Source of the DNA: Candidatus Bipolaricaulota bacterium
GTDB lineage: Bacteria; Bipolaricaulota; Bipolaricaulia; UBA7950; UBA9294
DNA length: 59,051 bases
Reading direction: 5' to 3'
Assembly (NCBI GenBank): GCA_030611415.1
Contig: JAUWPW010000003.1
Span: 1 to 59,051, forward strand
A program made the translations under genes and the position numbers. A model generated the notes under the pieces. It was not told the origin of the DNA, ran no database searches, and was given only the letters and a program-made list of their open reading frames with translations. Shown here piece after piece: positions 1 through 9,223 of the stretch (its first letter is position 1; the number at the start of each line of letters is the position of its first letter).

Positions 1-350
1 GCAATTACGGGAGCGGCACCAGTTCCGGTTCCGCCACCCATTCCAGCGGTGATGAATGCCATGTCAATGCCGCTAAGTAGATCCATGATCTCTTCGTGGG
101 TCTCCTCAGCGGCCAGTCTTCCGATTTCGGGGTCCCCTCCAGCGCCCAATCCACCGGTTAATCTACGCCCGATTTGAAGACTGCGATGAGCTTGTATAAC
201 TTCAAGCACCTGGGTATCTGTGTTTATGGCAACTAATTCCACTCCACTGATGTTGGTGGAGAACATGCGATCAACAGCGTTTCCTCCACCGCCTCCTACG
301 CCGATTACCATCAGCCGAGCAGGGGATGTCATGTCTATTTCGTTGGACAT
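1..350 (-). CDS. ftsZ: Cell division GTPase FtsZ, N-terminal ~116 codons (gene continues beyond window start)
   Basis: Reverse translation gives [17 protein letters not shown] / [13 protein letters not shown] ... [20 protein letters not shown] (FtsZ/tubulin GGGTGTG signature). It lies 2 nt downstream of the ftsA stop. It is absent from the ORF track because no stop falls in the window. Start coordinate is +/-1 nt. Confidence 0.9.
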   Translation of the reverse strand, partial: MSNEIDMTSPARLMVIGVGGGGGNAVDRMFSTNISGVELVAINTDTQVLEVIQAHRSLQIGRRLTGGLGAGGDPEIGRLAAEETHEEIMDLLSGIDMAFITAGMGGGTGTGAAPVI

Positions 351-352
351 TC

Positions 353-1585
353 TCACCCCCGGAAAAAGCGATTGAACCAGGACAAGAGCTTGTTTATTAG
401 GGAACTTCTCTTCTTTGCGTATCGTCTCTTGCTGAAATCTCTTGTTTCCACGGTATATCGCAGTAATCCGATCGACGTAGCATAGATTGGCGACTCGACA
501 ATGTCTCTTAGACCATGTATTCCTCGAGGAATCTTCCCTTGTCGTACCGGGATTTCGTAGCGTTGAGCTGCAAATTCCGCGATTCCATTGAGTAATGAGG
601 TTCCTCCTGTAAGAACCAATCCTGCAGGGACAAGGTCACGATACCCTGCATCTTCAACTTCTTGCAGTCCAAGGTCAAGGAGTTCCTCTACGCGTGGCTC
701 TATAATCTTTGCCAGTTTCTTTCTAGAAACGGTCTTCTTGCTGTCTCCTCCGATTGTAGCGACCTCGATTCTCTCGTCTTCGCTAACGCTATCTACCAAT
801 GCTGTTCCTGCTTGTTTCTTGATCAGCTCCGCTTCTTCAATTGGTGTCTGCAATCCAACCGTGATGTCGTTAGTGATGTGCTCTCCAGCGATTGGGAGTA
901 CCTTTGAGAACCAAATGTCTCCACCGCGGAATACACTGATATCTGTAGTTCCGCCTCCAATGTCCATCAGGATGACTCCCAGTTCCTTCTCTGCCGAAGA
1001 GAGAACCGCCATCGAAGAGGCAAGTGGCTCAAGGACTATTTGATTAATCCGAATGTTTAGTGCCTCTACGCACCGGGCCAAGTTGTGTACGGCCGTGATT
1101 GCCCCAGTGACGAGGTGTACATCAACCTCTAGCCGGGTACCTGTCATACCAACTGGATCAGTAATACTGTCTTGGCCATCCACTATATACTGTCGCGGAA
1201 TTATATGTATCAGCTCGCTTTCTGGTGGGAGCTGAATTGCTTGGGCAGTTTCTACAACACGACGTACATCATCCTGCGTAATGATTCTATCGGGACGGTT
1301 GATAGAAACGGTGCCACTGTTGTTGATGGAGGTGATATGTTTCCCAGCGATTCCTACATATACCGAATCAATGGCAACATCGGCCATATTCTCTGCTTCT
1401 TCAACTGCTTTGCGTATAGAGGCGATTGTGCGACCGATATCTACCACTACACCTTTCTCTAAGCCGTTTGATTCAGCTTTTCCCACACCGATGATTTCTA
1501 TTAATCCATCGGACACGTTACCTACAAGCGCAACAACCTTAGTAGTGCCTATGTCGAGACCCACTACCACTCTTTCCTTGCTCAT
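353..1585 (-). CDS. ftsA: Cell division protein FtsA (actin-like ATPase)
   Basis: 410-aa ORF with DIGTTKV and DIGGGTTD phosphate-binding motifs and a C-terminal amphipathic helix (LLSWFNRFF). ATGA overlap with the ftsQ stop. Sits between ftsQ and ftsZ. Confidence 0.95.
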   Translation of the reverse strand: MSKERVVVGLDIGTTKVVALVGNVSDGLIEIIGVGKAESNGLEKGVVVDIGRTIASIRKAVEEAENMADVAIDSVYVGIAGKHITSINNSGTVSINRPDRIITQDDVRRVVETAQAIQLPPESELIHIIPRQYIVDGQDSITDPVGMTGTRLEVDVHLVTGAITAVHNLARCVEALNIRINQIVLEPLASSMAVLSSAEKELGVILMDIGGGTTDISVFRGGDIWFSKVLPIAGEHITNDITVGLQTPIEEAELIKKQAGTALVDSVSEDERIEVATIGGDSKKTVSRKKLAKIIEPRVEELLDLGLQEVEDAGYRDLVPAGLVLTGGTSLLNGIAEFAAQRYEIPVRQGKIPRGIHGLRDIVESPIYATSIGLLRYTVETRDFSKRRYAKKRSSLINKLLSWFNRFFRG

Positions 1586-2214
1586 CTTTTCACCGCCTTG
1601 CGGGGTACAAGTATTGCCTCACCTTCAAATCTGAGATCTATCGATTGATAGTCATCCAAATCAATGCTAGCGAGCAACGCTACTAGAGCATCAATTCTGG
1701 GTCTGATCTTTTCTATAGAACCTAGTATTATTCTTAGTTCATCCGGTGTATATAGGGTAACCTCTCTAGGATTCCCAAAATCCATTAAGGAAAACGGCCC
1801 CTCGCTCATTCCTAGATTGTATAGGTATTCAACGACTTTGGTTGCTTCTTTGTTTGTCAGCACACTTGAGGGGTCACTGCTGGTAAACTCTATTCCCTTT
1901 ACGGAAAGAAAAGGGCGCTCATCCTCAGCTACTCGGTAAAGCAATCTTCCGCCTTCTGCAATTGCTACAGGCTTCCCTTGCTCGCCAGTATCGTATAACG
2001 CTGCAATTGGCACACGCTCGCGAATCGTAATCTGCATTGTGTGTGGATAGACTCGTTTGACATAGGCTTCCTTTACCCACGCTATTGATAAGAGGGCTTT
2101 TTGGGTACGGGACGCAGAGATTCGTAGAAGATTCTCTCCTATTCGGAGTCCACTTTTCTGCTTGATTTCTTCTACAGAGATATGATGGTTCCCTCTTACT
2201 GTAATCTCCTGCAA
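1582..2214 (-). CDS. ftsQ: Cell division protein FtsQ/DivIB (POTRA + FtsQ domain); 5' end probably extends to 2326 across a frameshift
   Basis: Position between murB and ftsA. POTRA-like start ITVRGNHHISVEEI. The track start is a TTG exactly at the POTRA boundary, and the expected TM anchor is encoded upstream (see finding). Confidence 0.85.
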   Translation of the reverse strand: MQEITVRGNHHISVEEIKQKSGLRIGENLLRISASRTQKALLSIAWVKEAYVKRVYPHTMQITIRERVPIAALYDTGEQGKPVAIAEGGRLLYRVAEDERPFLSVKGIEFTSSDPSSVLTNKEATKVVEYLYNLGMSEGPFSLMDFGNPREVTLYTPDELRIILGSIEKIRPRIDALVALLASIDLDDYQSIDLRFEGEAILVPRKAVKR

Positions 2215-2328
2215 ATTGAAGGGAGCGAACCAGGGTGTAAATAGAACAATTATGGCAGCAGCGATAAGAACCCCTCCTAAAATAACCAGCCTACAAGAAA
2301 ACTTTTTTCCCCCTCCTCTTGTTCACGG

Positions 2329-3249
2329 TCACTCTCCGATGACCTCAAGTTCCATTTCAAGCTGAATATGAGAACTCTTATACACCTTTCTACGTATAAT
2401 GTCAATTAATTCAAGAACTTGAGCGCTTGTTGCTCCTCCACAGTTGATGATGAAATTGGCATGTTTTTCAGATACCTTGGCCATTCCCACCCTAAATCCC
2501 TTTAGGCCAGCCTGTTCAATCAACCTACCCGCAGATAGGCCTGGAGGGTTCTTGAATACGCAGCCAGCACTATAGGCAGAGGAGGGTTGACTTAATCTTC
2601 GTCGGTTGAGAATCTCGATACGGTCGTATACTTTGCCGTTCAGATTCATCTTTGCCCACAAGATTGGTAGCTTGTTCTTGACAAAGAGGCTTGTTCGATA
2701 GGAAAACCCGCAGTCCTTTGCTGGAATCACCTCGATCTTGGTAGCTGAATTGAGGATAGCTACTTGTTCCACTTCTTGCCCTATCGCTCGCTCGGGAATT
2801 CCGGCGTTCATTGCGATTGCGCCCCCAAGCGAACCCGGGATTCCGGCAAGAAAATTGAGCGATTGCTGATTCGCTTGATCTAGGCGTGTGATAAGTTCAG
2901 CAAGAGGTTCTCCTGCAAGTGCGTGTACCCAACCATCTCCGATGCTTGCCCCCCGTAATTGTGATGTTCCAATTACCATGCCCAAGTAGCCTTTGTCGGG
3001 AAAGATGACATTTGAACCGGCACCTAGGATCATGTATGCGAACTCGTATTCGTTACAGAGACTGATCGCTTCTTGCAATATTCCGATAGTTGTGGGTAAG
3101 AAGAAGCAAGTTGCTCTTCCACCGATTGCAAGCGTAGTATGCAGGAAGAGCGGTTCGTCAAAGATCACCCCGCCCTGTAGAGAGATGAGCTTGGCATGTA
3201 ATTCGGCTTGGTTCACACTCTGCAGAACTGTCCCTCCTCTAGGAAGCAT
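2329..3249 (-). CDS. murB: UDP-N-acetylenolpyruvoylglucosamine reductase
   Basis: 306 aa with an FAD-binding PCMH-type N-domain (ILGAGSNV) and a MurB C-terminal domain. GAGGAG lies 5 nt upstream of ATG 3249. An alternative GTG at about 3216 overlaps the murC stop. Confidence 0.92.
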   Translation of the reverse strand: MLPRGGTVLQSVNQAELHAKLISLQGGVIFDEPLFLHTTLAIGGRATCFFLPTTIGILQEAISLCNEYEFAYMILGAGSNVIFPDKGYLGMVIGTSQLRGASIGDGWVHALAGEPLAELITRLDQANQQSLNFLAGIPGSLGGAIAMNAGIPERAIGQEVEQVAILNSATKIEVIPAKDCGFSYRTSLFVKNKLPILWAKMNLNGKVYDRIEILNRRRLSQPSSAYSAGCVFKNPPGLSAGRLIEQAGLKGFRVGMAKVSEKHANFIINCGGATSAQVLELIDIIRRKVYKSSHIQLEMELEVIGE

Positions 3250-4592
3250 GACAACTCCTCAGTAACTGTCCAAATGTCGCCGGCACCGAAGCTGATAATG
3301 AAATCCCCTGGCTCGATATATCTCTTAAGAAAAGAAACAACCTTTTCCTTGTCCTCAACGAAATGGAGGTCAAGATTAGATGAGTTGCTGATTGCTGCTG
3401 CAATTAGCCTTGAAGTGATCCCTGGGATTGGTTGCTCGCGAGCAGGATAAATCGGGGTTAGTAGTACTGTATCCGCCTCGCGAAATGCGTTGCCAAACTC
3501 GCCGCTGATCGCTTTAGTTCGACTGTAGCGGTGAGGCTGAAAAATGGCCACGATCCGTCTGTGATTCCAACCATCGCGAATCGCCTGCAGGGTTGCTTCA
3601 ATCTCTTCGGGTAAGTGTGCATAATCGTCCACTACCGTCACTCCATTTTCCTCCAAGAGTTGGAAACGTCGTTTGGGCAGGCAGAAATCCTCTAGAGCAC
3701 TGGCAGCTTCAGTGAGGCTAATCCCAGCAAGGAAGCAGGCGCCAATGGCGCAGAGGGCATTACGCACATTGTGATTGCCAGGGGCAGGAAGCCGAACAGG
3801 GCAGATTCGCTTTCCTTGATAGACAAGATCGAAATTGGTACGAAAGCCTTTGTGTGCAATGTTTCTTGCACTTAGTTCTGCATCTTCACATATTCCTACA
3901 GTGAAAGCATTAGGGACTTTACGTGCCAGTTCGCGAACGTTCCGGTTATCGATTGCGAGAACCGGAAGTTCTGATTGACGAATGTACTGAGCGAAGCTTC
4001 TCTTAATTCCAGCCAAAGTAGAATAGGTATTCAAGTGATCACGACCAATATTATTAAGAACTGCGATCGTTGGACGCAGTACCAGGAATAAGCCATCACT
4101 TTCATCCACCTCGGTAACGAAGAAACTCCCCTGCCCAAGATGAGAGTTCCCTTTTAGGCCTGGACACTGTGCCCCTATGAGATAGCTTGGATCCTGTCCT
4201 GCTGCGGTTAGAATGGTGGCAGCCATAGCAGTAGTGGTTGTTTTTCCGTGTGTTCCTGCTATTCCGATGCTCTTGTATCCGTACAGCAGTGAGGCCAGGG
4301 CGTGCAATCGCTTTACAACGGGAAGGTTGCGTCTTCTTGCCGCTTTGAGCTCTGAGTTTTCCTCTCCGATTGCTGATGAAACAATGACCCCATCTAGTTT
4401 ACCATCAACGAGATGAGGATCGTGCCCGAGATAGACAGACGCACCTGCTTCTTTCAGTTGAGCGACCTCCTGATTGTTACGTAGGTCGGAACCAGAGATT
4501 TTCATTCCCCTGTCTAACATCACTTTGGCGAGACCACTCATGCCTGCTCCACCAATTCCTATGAAGTGGTAACGTTTCCCCGTTTTGATCAC
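3213..4592 (-). CDS. murC: UDP-N-acetylmuramate--L-alanine ligase
   Basis: Motifs HFIGIGGAGMSGLA and GTHGKTTT (Mur ligase P-loop). I set the start at GTG 4592, which forms a GTGA overlap with the murG stop and has AGAGGGAG upstream. The 72 extra N-terminal residues in the track overlap murG and look non-coding. Confidence 0.92.
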   Translation of the reverse strand: MIKTGKRYHFIGIGGAGMSGLAKVMLDRGMKISGSDLRNNQEVAQLKEAGASVYLGHDPHLVDGKLDGVIVSSAIGEENSELKAARRRNLPVVKRLHALASLLYGYKSIGIAGTHGKTTTTAMAATILTAAGQDPSYLIGAQCPGLKGNSHLGQGSFFVTEVDESDGLFLVLRPTIAVLNNIGRDHLNTYSTLAGIKRSFAQYIRQSELPVLAIDNRNVRELARKVPNAFTVGICEDAELSARNIAHKGFRTNFDLVYQGKRICPVRLPAPGNHNVRNALCAIGACFLAGISLTEAASALEDFCLPKRRFQLLEENGVTVVDDYAHLPEEIEATLQAIRDGWNHRRIVAIFQPHRYSRTKAISGEFGNAFREADTVLLTPIYPAREQPIPGITSRLIAAAISNSSNLDLHFVEDKEKVVSFLKRYIEPGDFIISFGAGDIWTVTEELSCFLEEGQFCRV

Positions 4593-5716
4593 GTTTGTGC
4601 TCCCTCTAGTAAAGTACGGATTTCTCCTAGAATTGCCGTTGATGCTTGCCGTTGACCAAGCTGCCAAGAGTTCTGTGCCATCTGGATGAGTTTCTCCTTG
4701 TTCATTACTGTCTCTTTGATATGGGTAAGAAATGGGAGGTTCGTCATGTCTTTTTCTGCTACTATTGCGCAAGCGTTCCGTGATTCCAGGTAGTGGGCAT
4801 TTTTCCACTGATGTCCATTAGCTGCTTCCCCCCATGGGATCAACAAAGCCGGTTTTCCACAAGAAGTGATTTCGGCAAGGGTGGTAGCACCGGCACGGGA
4901 GACGATTAGATCTGCTATTGCAAATGCATCACTCATCCGATCAATGTAGCGGAATACCACGAGATTATTCACTCTGGCGTTACCAAACTCTTCCTCGATT
5001 GAGCGTTCTGTTGCTTTGTTTCCAGTGATAAGGAGTATCTGTATTTGCTCGCTCTTGGAGAGTCCTTCTCTGGCACGCATGACAGCTTGGGTTAGGATGG
5101 CTGCTCCGTGAGATCCTCCAAACACGAGTACCGTTTTTTTCTCAGGGTCAAGGCCAAAACGATGGTAAATGCTCGTTTCTCGTTTAGTGAGGAGAAACTC
5201 CTTTCGGATTGGATTTCCAGTAGTCACTATTTTCTTTGCGCGCGGAAAGTATCTTTTTGAGCATTGGTAGGAAACAAGTACTTCATCCACAAATGGATAG
5301 AGGAAGCGATTGGCTAAGCCAGCTTCTACATTCTGTTCATGGATCACTGTACTTACCCCTAGGGGTTTCTTGAGAAGGCTTCCCAGGAAAACAGCGGGAA
5401 AGGAAGCATATCCTCCCATTCCGATTATAAGTTGGGGTCGAAAACGCAAAACAATTCTTAGTGTTTCTGCGAGGGCAAGCGTGAGAAGAAGGATGGCTCC
5501 TAGGTTCTGAAACAGTCGCCCACGGGCAAGGCCGCGAATATGTATCGGGTAGAAATGAATCTTAGGGTAGGAAGGGAGGATACGTGCTTCGATTCCCCGC
5601 TTTGTGCCGATATAAGCAATTTCTGTCTTATCTTCTTGCCGAGATAGTTCCTCCATGATGGCTATCGCGGGATAGACATGGCCTCCCGTTCCTCCGCCGG
5701 CAATTAGGATCTTCAA
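4589..5716 (-). CDS. murG: Undecaprenyldiphospho-muramoylpentapeptide beta-N-acetylglucosaminyltransferase
   Basis: 375 aa. N-terminal MKILIAGGGTGGHVYPA is typical of MurG (GT28). Overlaps the ftsW stop by 4 nt. Confidence 0.95.
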   Translation of the reverse strand: MKILIAGGGTGGHVYPAIAIMEELSRQEDKTEIAYIGTKRGIEARILPSYPKIHFYPIHIRGLARGRLFQNLGAILLLTLALAETLRIVLRFRPQLIIGMGGYASFPAVFLGSLLKKPLGVSTVIHEQNVEAGLANRFLYPFVDEVLVSYQCSKRYFPRAKKIVTTGNPIRKEFLLTKRETSIYHRFGLDPEKKTVLVFGGSHGAAILTQAVMRAREGLSKSEQIQILLITGNKATERSIEEEFGNARVNNLVVFRYIDRMSDAFAIADLIVSRAGATTLAEITSCGKPALLIPWGEAANGHQWKNAHYLESRNACAIVAEKDMTNLPFLTHIKETVMNKEKLIQMAQNSWQLGQRQASTAILGEIRTLLEGAQT

Positions 5717-6798
5717 GGGCGCCCTCCTTGCTTTGAGATATTCAACAGTGTTCCAACCATGGCCAGCGTGACAACCAAAGAGGAACCTCCATTACTGATA
5801 AATGGCAAGGTAAGGCCGGTGACTGGTAGAATTCCTAGGGCAACCCCAAGATTGATAAGAGCTTGTATGCTGATCGTGAAGCCGATCCCGAATGCTAGAA
5901 GGTATCCAAAACGATCGGATGCATGTAAGGCGATATGGAAGGCGCGCCAGGCAAAGAGGGAAAACAAGGCAATCAGGGCTAGTGCTCCTATCAATCCTAA
6001 TTCCTCGGAAGCTATTGAGAAGATGAAATCATTGTGTGCTTGTGGGAGATAGAACAGTTTTGCCCGTGATGCCCCGAGCCCGCGGCCGATTACTCCCCCA
6101 GATCCAATAGCAACCAAGGATTGGACAATTTGATAACCAGAGGATGTATAGTAGGTGTATGGGTCAAGAAAAGAAACGATTCGTGCCAGACGATAAGGCG
6201 CAATGCGTAGGACGACATAAATTAATGGAACGCTTCCCATTCCAAGCCAGGCTAGATGTGAAATCCTAGCTCCACCGAGGAACAACATAGCCATGCTCAG
6301 CGCTCCAAAGAGTAGCAGCATCCCGAAGTCAGGCTGATTTATCATTACGATTCCCAGTATGGATAGTACAACTACAAATGGGAGTACGCCTTCAGTAAAT
6401 GAGGATATCTTCTCGCCTTTCCGAGAAATCGTTGCCGCCAGGTAGATGATCAACGAAAGCTTTACCAGTTCAGTTGGTTGTAATGTAAATGGGCCGAGCT
6501 GTAACCAGCGACCATTGCTAGCCCCTGATAGCGGAATCACGGTTAGTAGAATGAGGAAAAACGAGCCAACTAGAAGAAGGTCATCTAGGTGAAATAAACG
6601 ACGATAATCACAAAAGGAGAGCACTGTAAGCAGGCTGATTCCCGTTATGGCAGCTATTAGCTGTTTTAGGAACAGGTGAAAACTGTTGTCGTAATGTCTG
6701 AGAGAAAAAGCTGCACTTGAGCTGTAGACCATCACCAACCCATAGAGGAGAAGGAGGGAAGTTACTGCAATCACGCCTCTGTCAACTCGTCCTTCCAC
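5713..6798 (-). CDS. ftsW: SEDS-family peptidoglycan polymerase FtsW
   Basis: 361-aa polytopic membrane protein of the FtsW/RodA/SpoVE family, immediately upstream of murG. GTG start preceded by AAGGAGG. Confidence 0.9.
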   Translation of the reverse strand: MEGRVDRGVIAVTSLLLLYGLVMVYSSSAAFSLRHYDNSFHLFLKQLIAAITGISLLTVLSFCDYRRLFHLDDLLLVGSFFLILLTVIPLSGASNGRWLQLGPFTLQPTELVKLSLIIYLAATISRKGEKISSFTEGVLPFVVVLSILGIVMINQPDFGMLLLFGALSMAMLFLGGARISHLAWLGMGSVPLIYVVLRIAPYRLARIVSFLDPYTYYTSSGYQIVQSLVAIGSGGVIGRGLGASRAKLFYLPQAHNDFIFSIASEELGLIGALALIALFSLFAWRAFHIALHASDRFGYLLAFGIGFTISIQALINLGVALGILPVTGLTLPFISNGGSSLVVTLAMVGTLLNISKQGGRP

Positions 6799-7070
6799 CC
6801 TGCCTCCTTGTTTGAGAACAGGCTATTCCCATTTGTCCCTACTTTCCCCGCGACTACAAGAATTACCTCAGTTGTCCCATAAGCGAAAGGAAGCCTGTCG
6901 GAAACGTGGAGAGGATTAGCGACGTTGAGTGTGGACGTCAGTCCCATGAAAAAGGATCTGTTGTCCATTGAATGGAATAATACAGAGGTAGCAGAATTGT
7001 CACGAGACTAGTCTAACCAAGCAAGCAACAATACTAACCTGAGCGAGGAACATATCATGGAAACCATGAG

Positions 7071-7985
7071 TCAATGCTTATTACGTAGGGCGTCCTCAAT
7101 TCGGTCTTCGAGAACTGATGCGCGAGAGAATTGCTCCGTGCGAAGCACAGTGGAAGCAACAGCATAAAGCGCTTCTCTTGGAACCATGCCCACAATTTCG
7201 CTATCTAACACGCTTATGCCGTGATGCTCGGCTTCATTCTTAACCACCTCGAAAACACGAAGTATCGGCGTTTTTTTGAGGTTAGTGAGGTTCATTGATA
7301 TCTGTACGATATTTCGTTCCTCAAGTGTGAAGGCAAGGGCCTTTACATAGGGTAATCCGCCACTTGAACCGCGAATGGCAGCGGCGATTTTCTTTGCTGT
7401 TATCAGGTCTGCGGTTGCTAAGTTGATATTGTAGGCGACCAGGAATTGGCGTGCTCCTACTGCTGTGGCGCCCGCAGTTGGGTGAACCTTTGCAGTACCG
7501 AAATCAGGTTTCCATTCAGGATCCTTTATTTTTTCGAAAAAACCCTCGAATTCACCCTTTCTGATCGTCGCCAGGTTTTGTCGTGTCTCATTTGTTGCTG
7601 ATTCTTCGTACAAATAAACGGGGATCTTGTACTTGTCCGCTATTTTCTTTCCGACTTGGCGAGAAAGGGTAATACAGTCTTTCATGGATACGTTATGTAC
7701 AGGAATGAATGGAATTACATCAACTGCCCCCATGCGGGGGTGTTCCCCATGGTGTTTCGTCAAATCTATTCTTGCCACTGCTTCTTCAACTAAGCGGTCA
7801 ATTCCGATAGCAACCGCAGTTGGTTCACCAACAATGGTGATTACCGAACGATTGTGATCCGCATCCGAATCGACATCAAGTACATGCCGCCCTTCTCCTT
7901 GAGCAGCCTGAGCTATTGCGTCTATTACATTGCGGCGGCGACCCTCACTGATGTTTGGAACCGATTCAATAAGCTTTGCCCGCAT
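7071..7985 (-). CDS. ftcD: Glutamate formimidoyltransferase (formiminotransferase domain only, no cyclodeaminase domain)
   Basis: 304 aa. N-terminal LIESVPNISEGRR matches the FT-domain signature (ECVPNFSEGR). Overlaps the fabZ 3' end by 20 nt. Confidence 0.8.
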   Translation of the reverse strand: MRAKLIESVPNISEGRRRNVIDAIAQAAQGEGRHVLDVDSDADHNRSVITIVGEPTAVAIGIDRLVEEAVARIDLTKHHGEHPRMGAVDVIPFIPVHNVSMKDCITLSRQVGKKIADKYKIPVYLYEESATNETRQNLATIRKGEFEGFFEKIKDPEWKPDFGTAKVHPTAGATAVGARQFLVAYNINLATADLITAKKIAAAIRGSSGGLPYVKALAFTLEERNIVQISMNLTNLKKTPILRVFEVVKNEAEHHGISVLDSEIVGMVPREALYAVASTVLRTEQFSRASVLEDRIEDALRNKH

Positions 7986-8409
7986 TCTTCTTGTCTTCTA
8001 CGATTATGGAGATGGTTGCAGTTGCCGCTATCTCGCCGTTGACCGACGCTTCTGCTTCGATTCGCAGTAATTCGTTTCTTTGGCGTAGCCTGCTTACCGA
8101 TAGGATTAGCCGATCTCCAGGGATAACCTTACGTCGGAAGCGAGCCTTGTCTACTCTAGCCAGGTAACCAAACTCACTTTTTTTACCAAGGAGAAAAGCC
8201 GCTGTCTGTGCCATTGCTTCCAGGATTAATGTTCCTGGCATTATTGCTTGAAAAGGCTCCGGGAAATGCCCCTGGAAGAATGGTTCGTTTATGGTTACGT
8301 TCTTAACTGCGATAACGTGTTCCTTGTCTTGCTCAAGGACCCGGTCAATCATCAAGTAGGGATAGCGCTGGGGAAGAACCTGTCTAATGTCTTCAATGTC
8401 ACAGGGCAT
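7966..8409 (-). CDS. fabZ: 3-hydroxyacyl-ACP dehydratase FabZ
   Basis: Hot-dog fold with LPQRYPYLMIDRV and FFQGHFP motifs. ATG 8409 is preferred over the track's TTG 8415. Directly follows ompH. Confidence 0.93.
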   Translation of the reverse strand: MPCDIEDIRQVLPQRYPYLMIDRVLEQDKEHVIAVKNVTINEPFFQGHFPEPFQAIMPGTLILEAMAQTAAFLLGKKSEFGYLARVDKARFRRKVIPGDRLILSVSRLRQRNELLRIEAEASVNGEIAATATISIIVEDKKNAGKAY

Positions 8410-8415
8410 CTGCAA

Positions 8416-9162
8416 TTATCTCAACGATTCTGTAAGTTCGCGCTTCACCATATCGGTGATGTCCGTCAGCCTTGCCGTATTGCGGTAGATAATGACATTC
8501 TTTGCTCGTAATACCAGATCGTAGCCGTTTGCTAGAGCAACCTTGTTCGCTCCCTCGACGATTCTTGAAGTCGCTAGATTGGTAAGCAGCTCGTCAAGCT
8601 GGGTGAATGCGTTTCTTGCCTGTGTGTAACGGCTATTGAACTCCTCTGGGTCAATGATCCCAACTCTTACCGATGATGCCAAGCTCTTTATTTCATCAAC
8701 AATTGGTTGTGCTTGTTCTCGTAGTTGTTCCAGGTCACCGCGAACGTCGGAAAAACCGGAAGAGATGATCAATTTGTCGATCGTTCCCATACTTATATTG
8801 ATTTGCGCCTGTAAGAGATCAACTTGCAGCTGGTTATACGTGTCCTCGTATTCTTCCTTGGAGAGGGTGCTCTCCATATATTGCCTTTGCAAGGCGATGA
8901 TTTCTTCTTGTTTATCGAATGCCTTTTGGCGCAGGTCTTTCACGGCGTTAGTGAACACGGTAAATGCATCCTCAGCATTGACGTAGGCAATACTTAGGGC
9001 TGGCGTGACTGGGTTTGTCTCGAGGCCTGTCACGCGGTTCTCGAGCGTCTCAAACGTTGCTTGATCAACTTCGTTGTTTGATTGAGGGACAAGCTGTAAG
9101 GCTATGGCTCCAGCGCCAACAAGCAAGGCGATTATGGCTATGACTAGGGATGTTTTGGACAT
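8416..9162 (-). CDS. OmpH/Skp-like periplasmic chaperone (long form, 248 aa)
   Basis: N-terminal signal/anchor, Q/E-rich coiled-coil core, and a C-terminal GYDLVL...ITDMV motif typical of OmpH. Classical position between bamA and fabZ. AAAGGAGGAAAA precedes the ATG. Confidence 0.75.
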   Translation of the reverse strand: MSKTSLVIAIIALLVGAGAIALQLVPQSNNEVDQATFETLENRVTGLETNPVTPALSIAYVNAEDAFTVFTNAVKDLRQKAFDKQEEIIALQRQYMESTLSKEEYEDTYNQLQVDLLQAQINISMGTIDKLIISSGFSDVRGDLEQLREQAQPIVDEIKSLASSVRVGIIDPEEFNSRYTQARNAFTQLDELLTNLATSRIVEGANKVALANGYDLVLRAKNVIIYRNTARLTDITDMVKRELTESLR

Positions 9163-9223
9163 TTTTCCTCCTTTTTCTTTCTAGAAGCAGCTAATTATAG
9201 ACAGAGAGTAACTTCTTGTCACC

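Noticed and set aside
297-356. In my hand translation of this line, the ftsA stop and the ftsZ N-terminal frame each appear displaced by 1 nt. The codon at 355..353 read as GAG, and an extra base appeared in ATCGGC(C)GTAGGA.
   Set aside because: The ORF track, computed from the sequence, gives a clean ftsA stop at 353..355. Both anomalies vanish together if my base indexing in this single 60-nt line is off by one. I treat this as my counting error, not an ftsZ frameshift. A direct six-frame translation of 280..360 would settle it.
4593-4808. N-terminal extensions in the ORF track: murC to 4808, ppdK to 22631, rnfG to 38133, maf to 42319, lipoprotein to 43611, tatD from 56417, transketolase from 57917
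   Set aside because: The extensions overlap the preceding gene or promoter, lack family-like sequence, and better starts exist with an SD and/or 4-nt stop-start overlaps at the family-consistent N-terminus.
6771-6968. 65-aa ORF in the gap upstream of ftsW
   Set aside because: It has no SD, overlaps the ftsW start, has unremarkable composition, and I recognise no family. Most likely a chance ORF.
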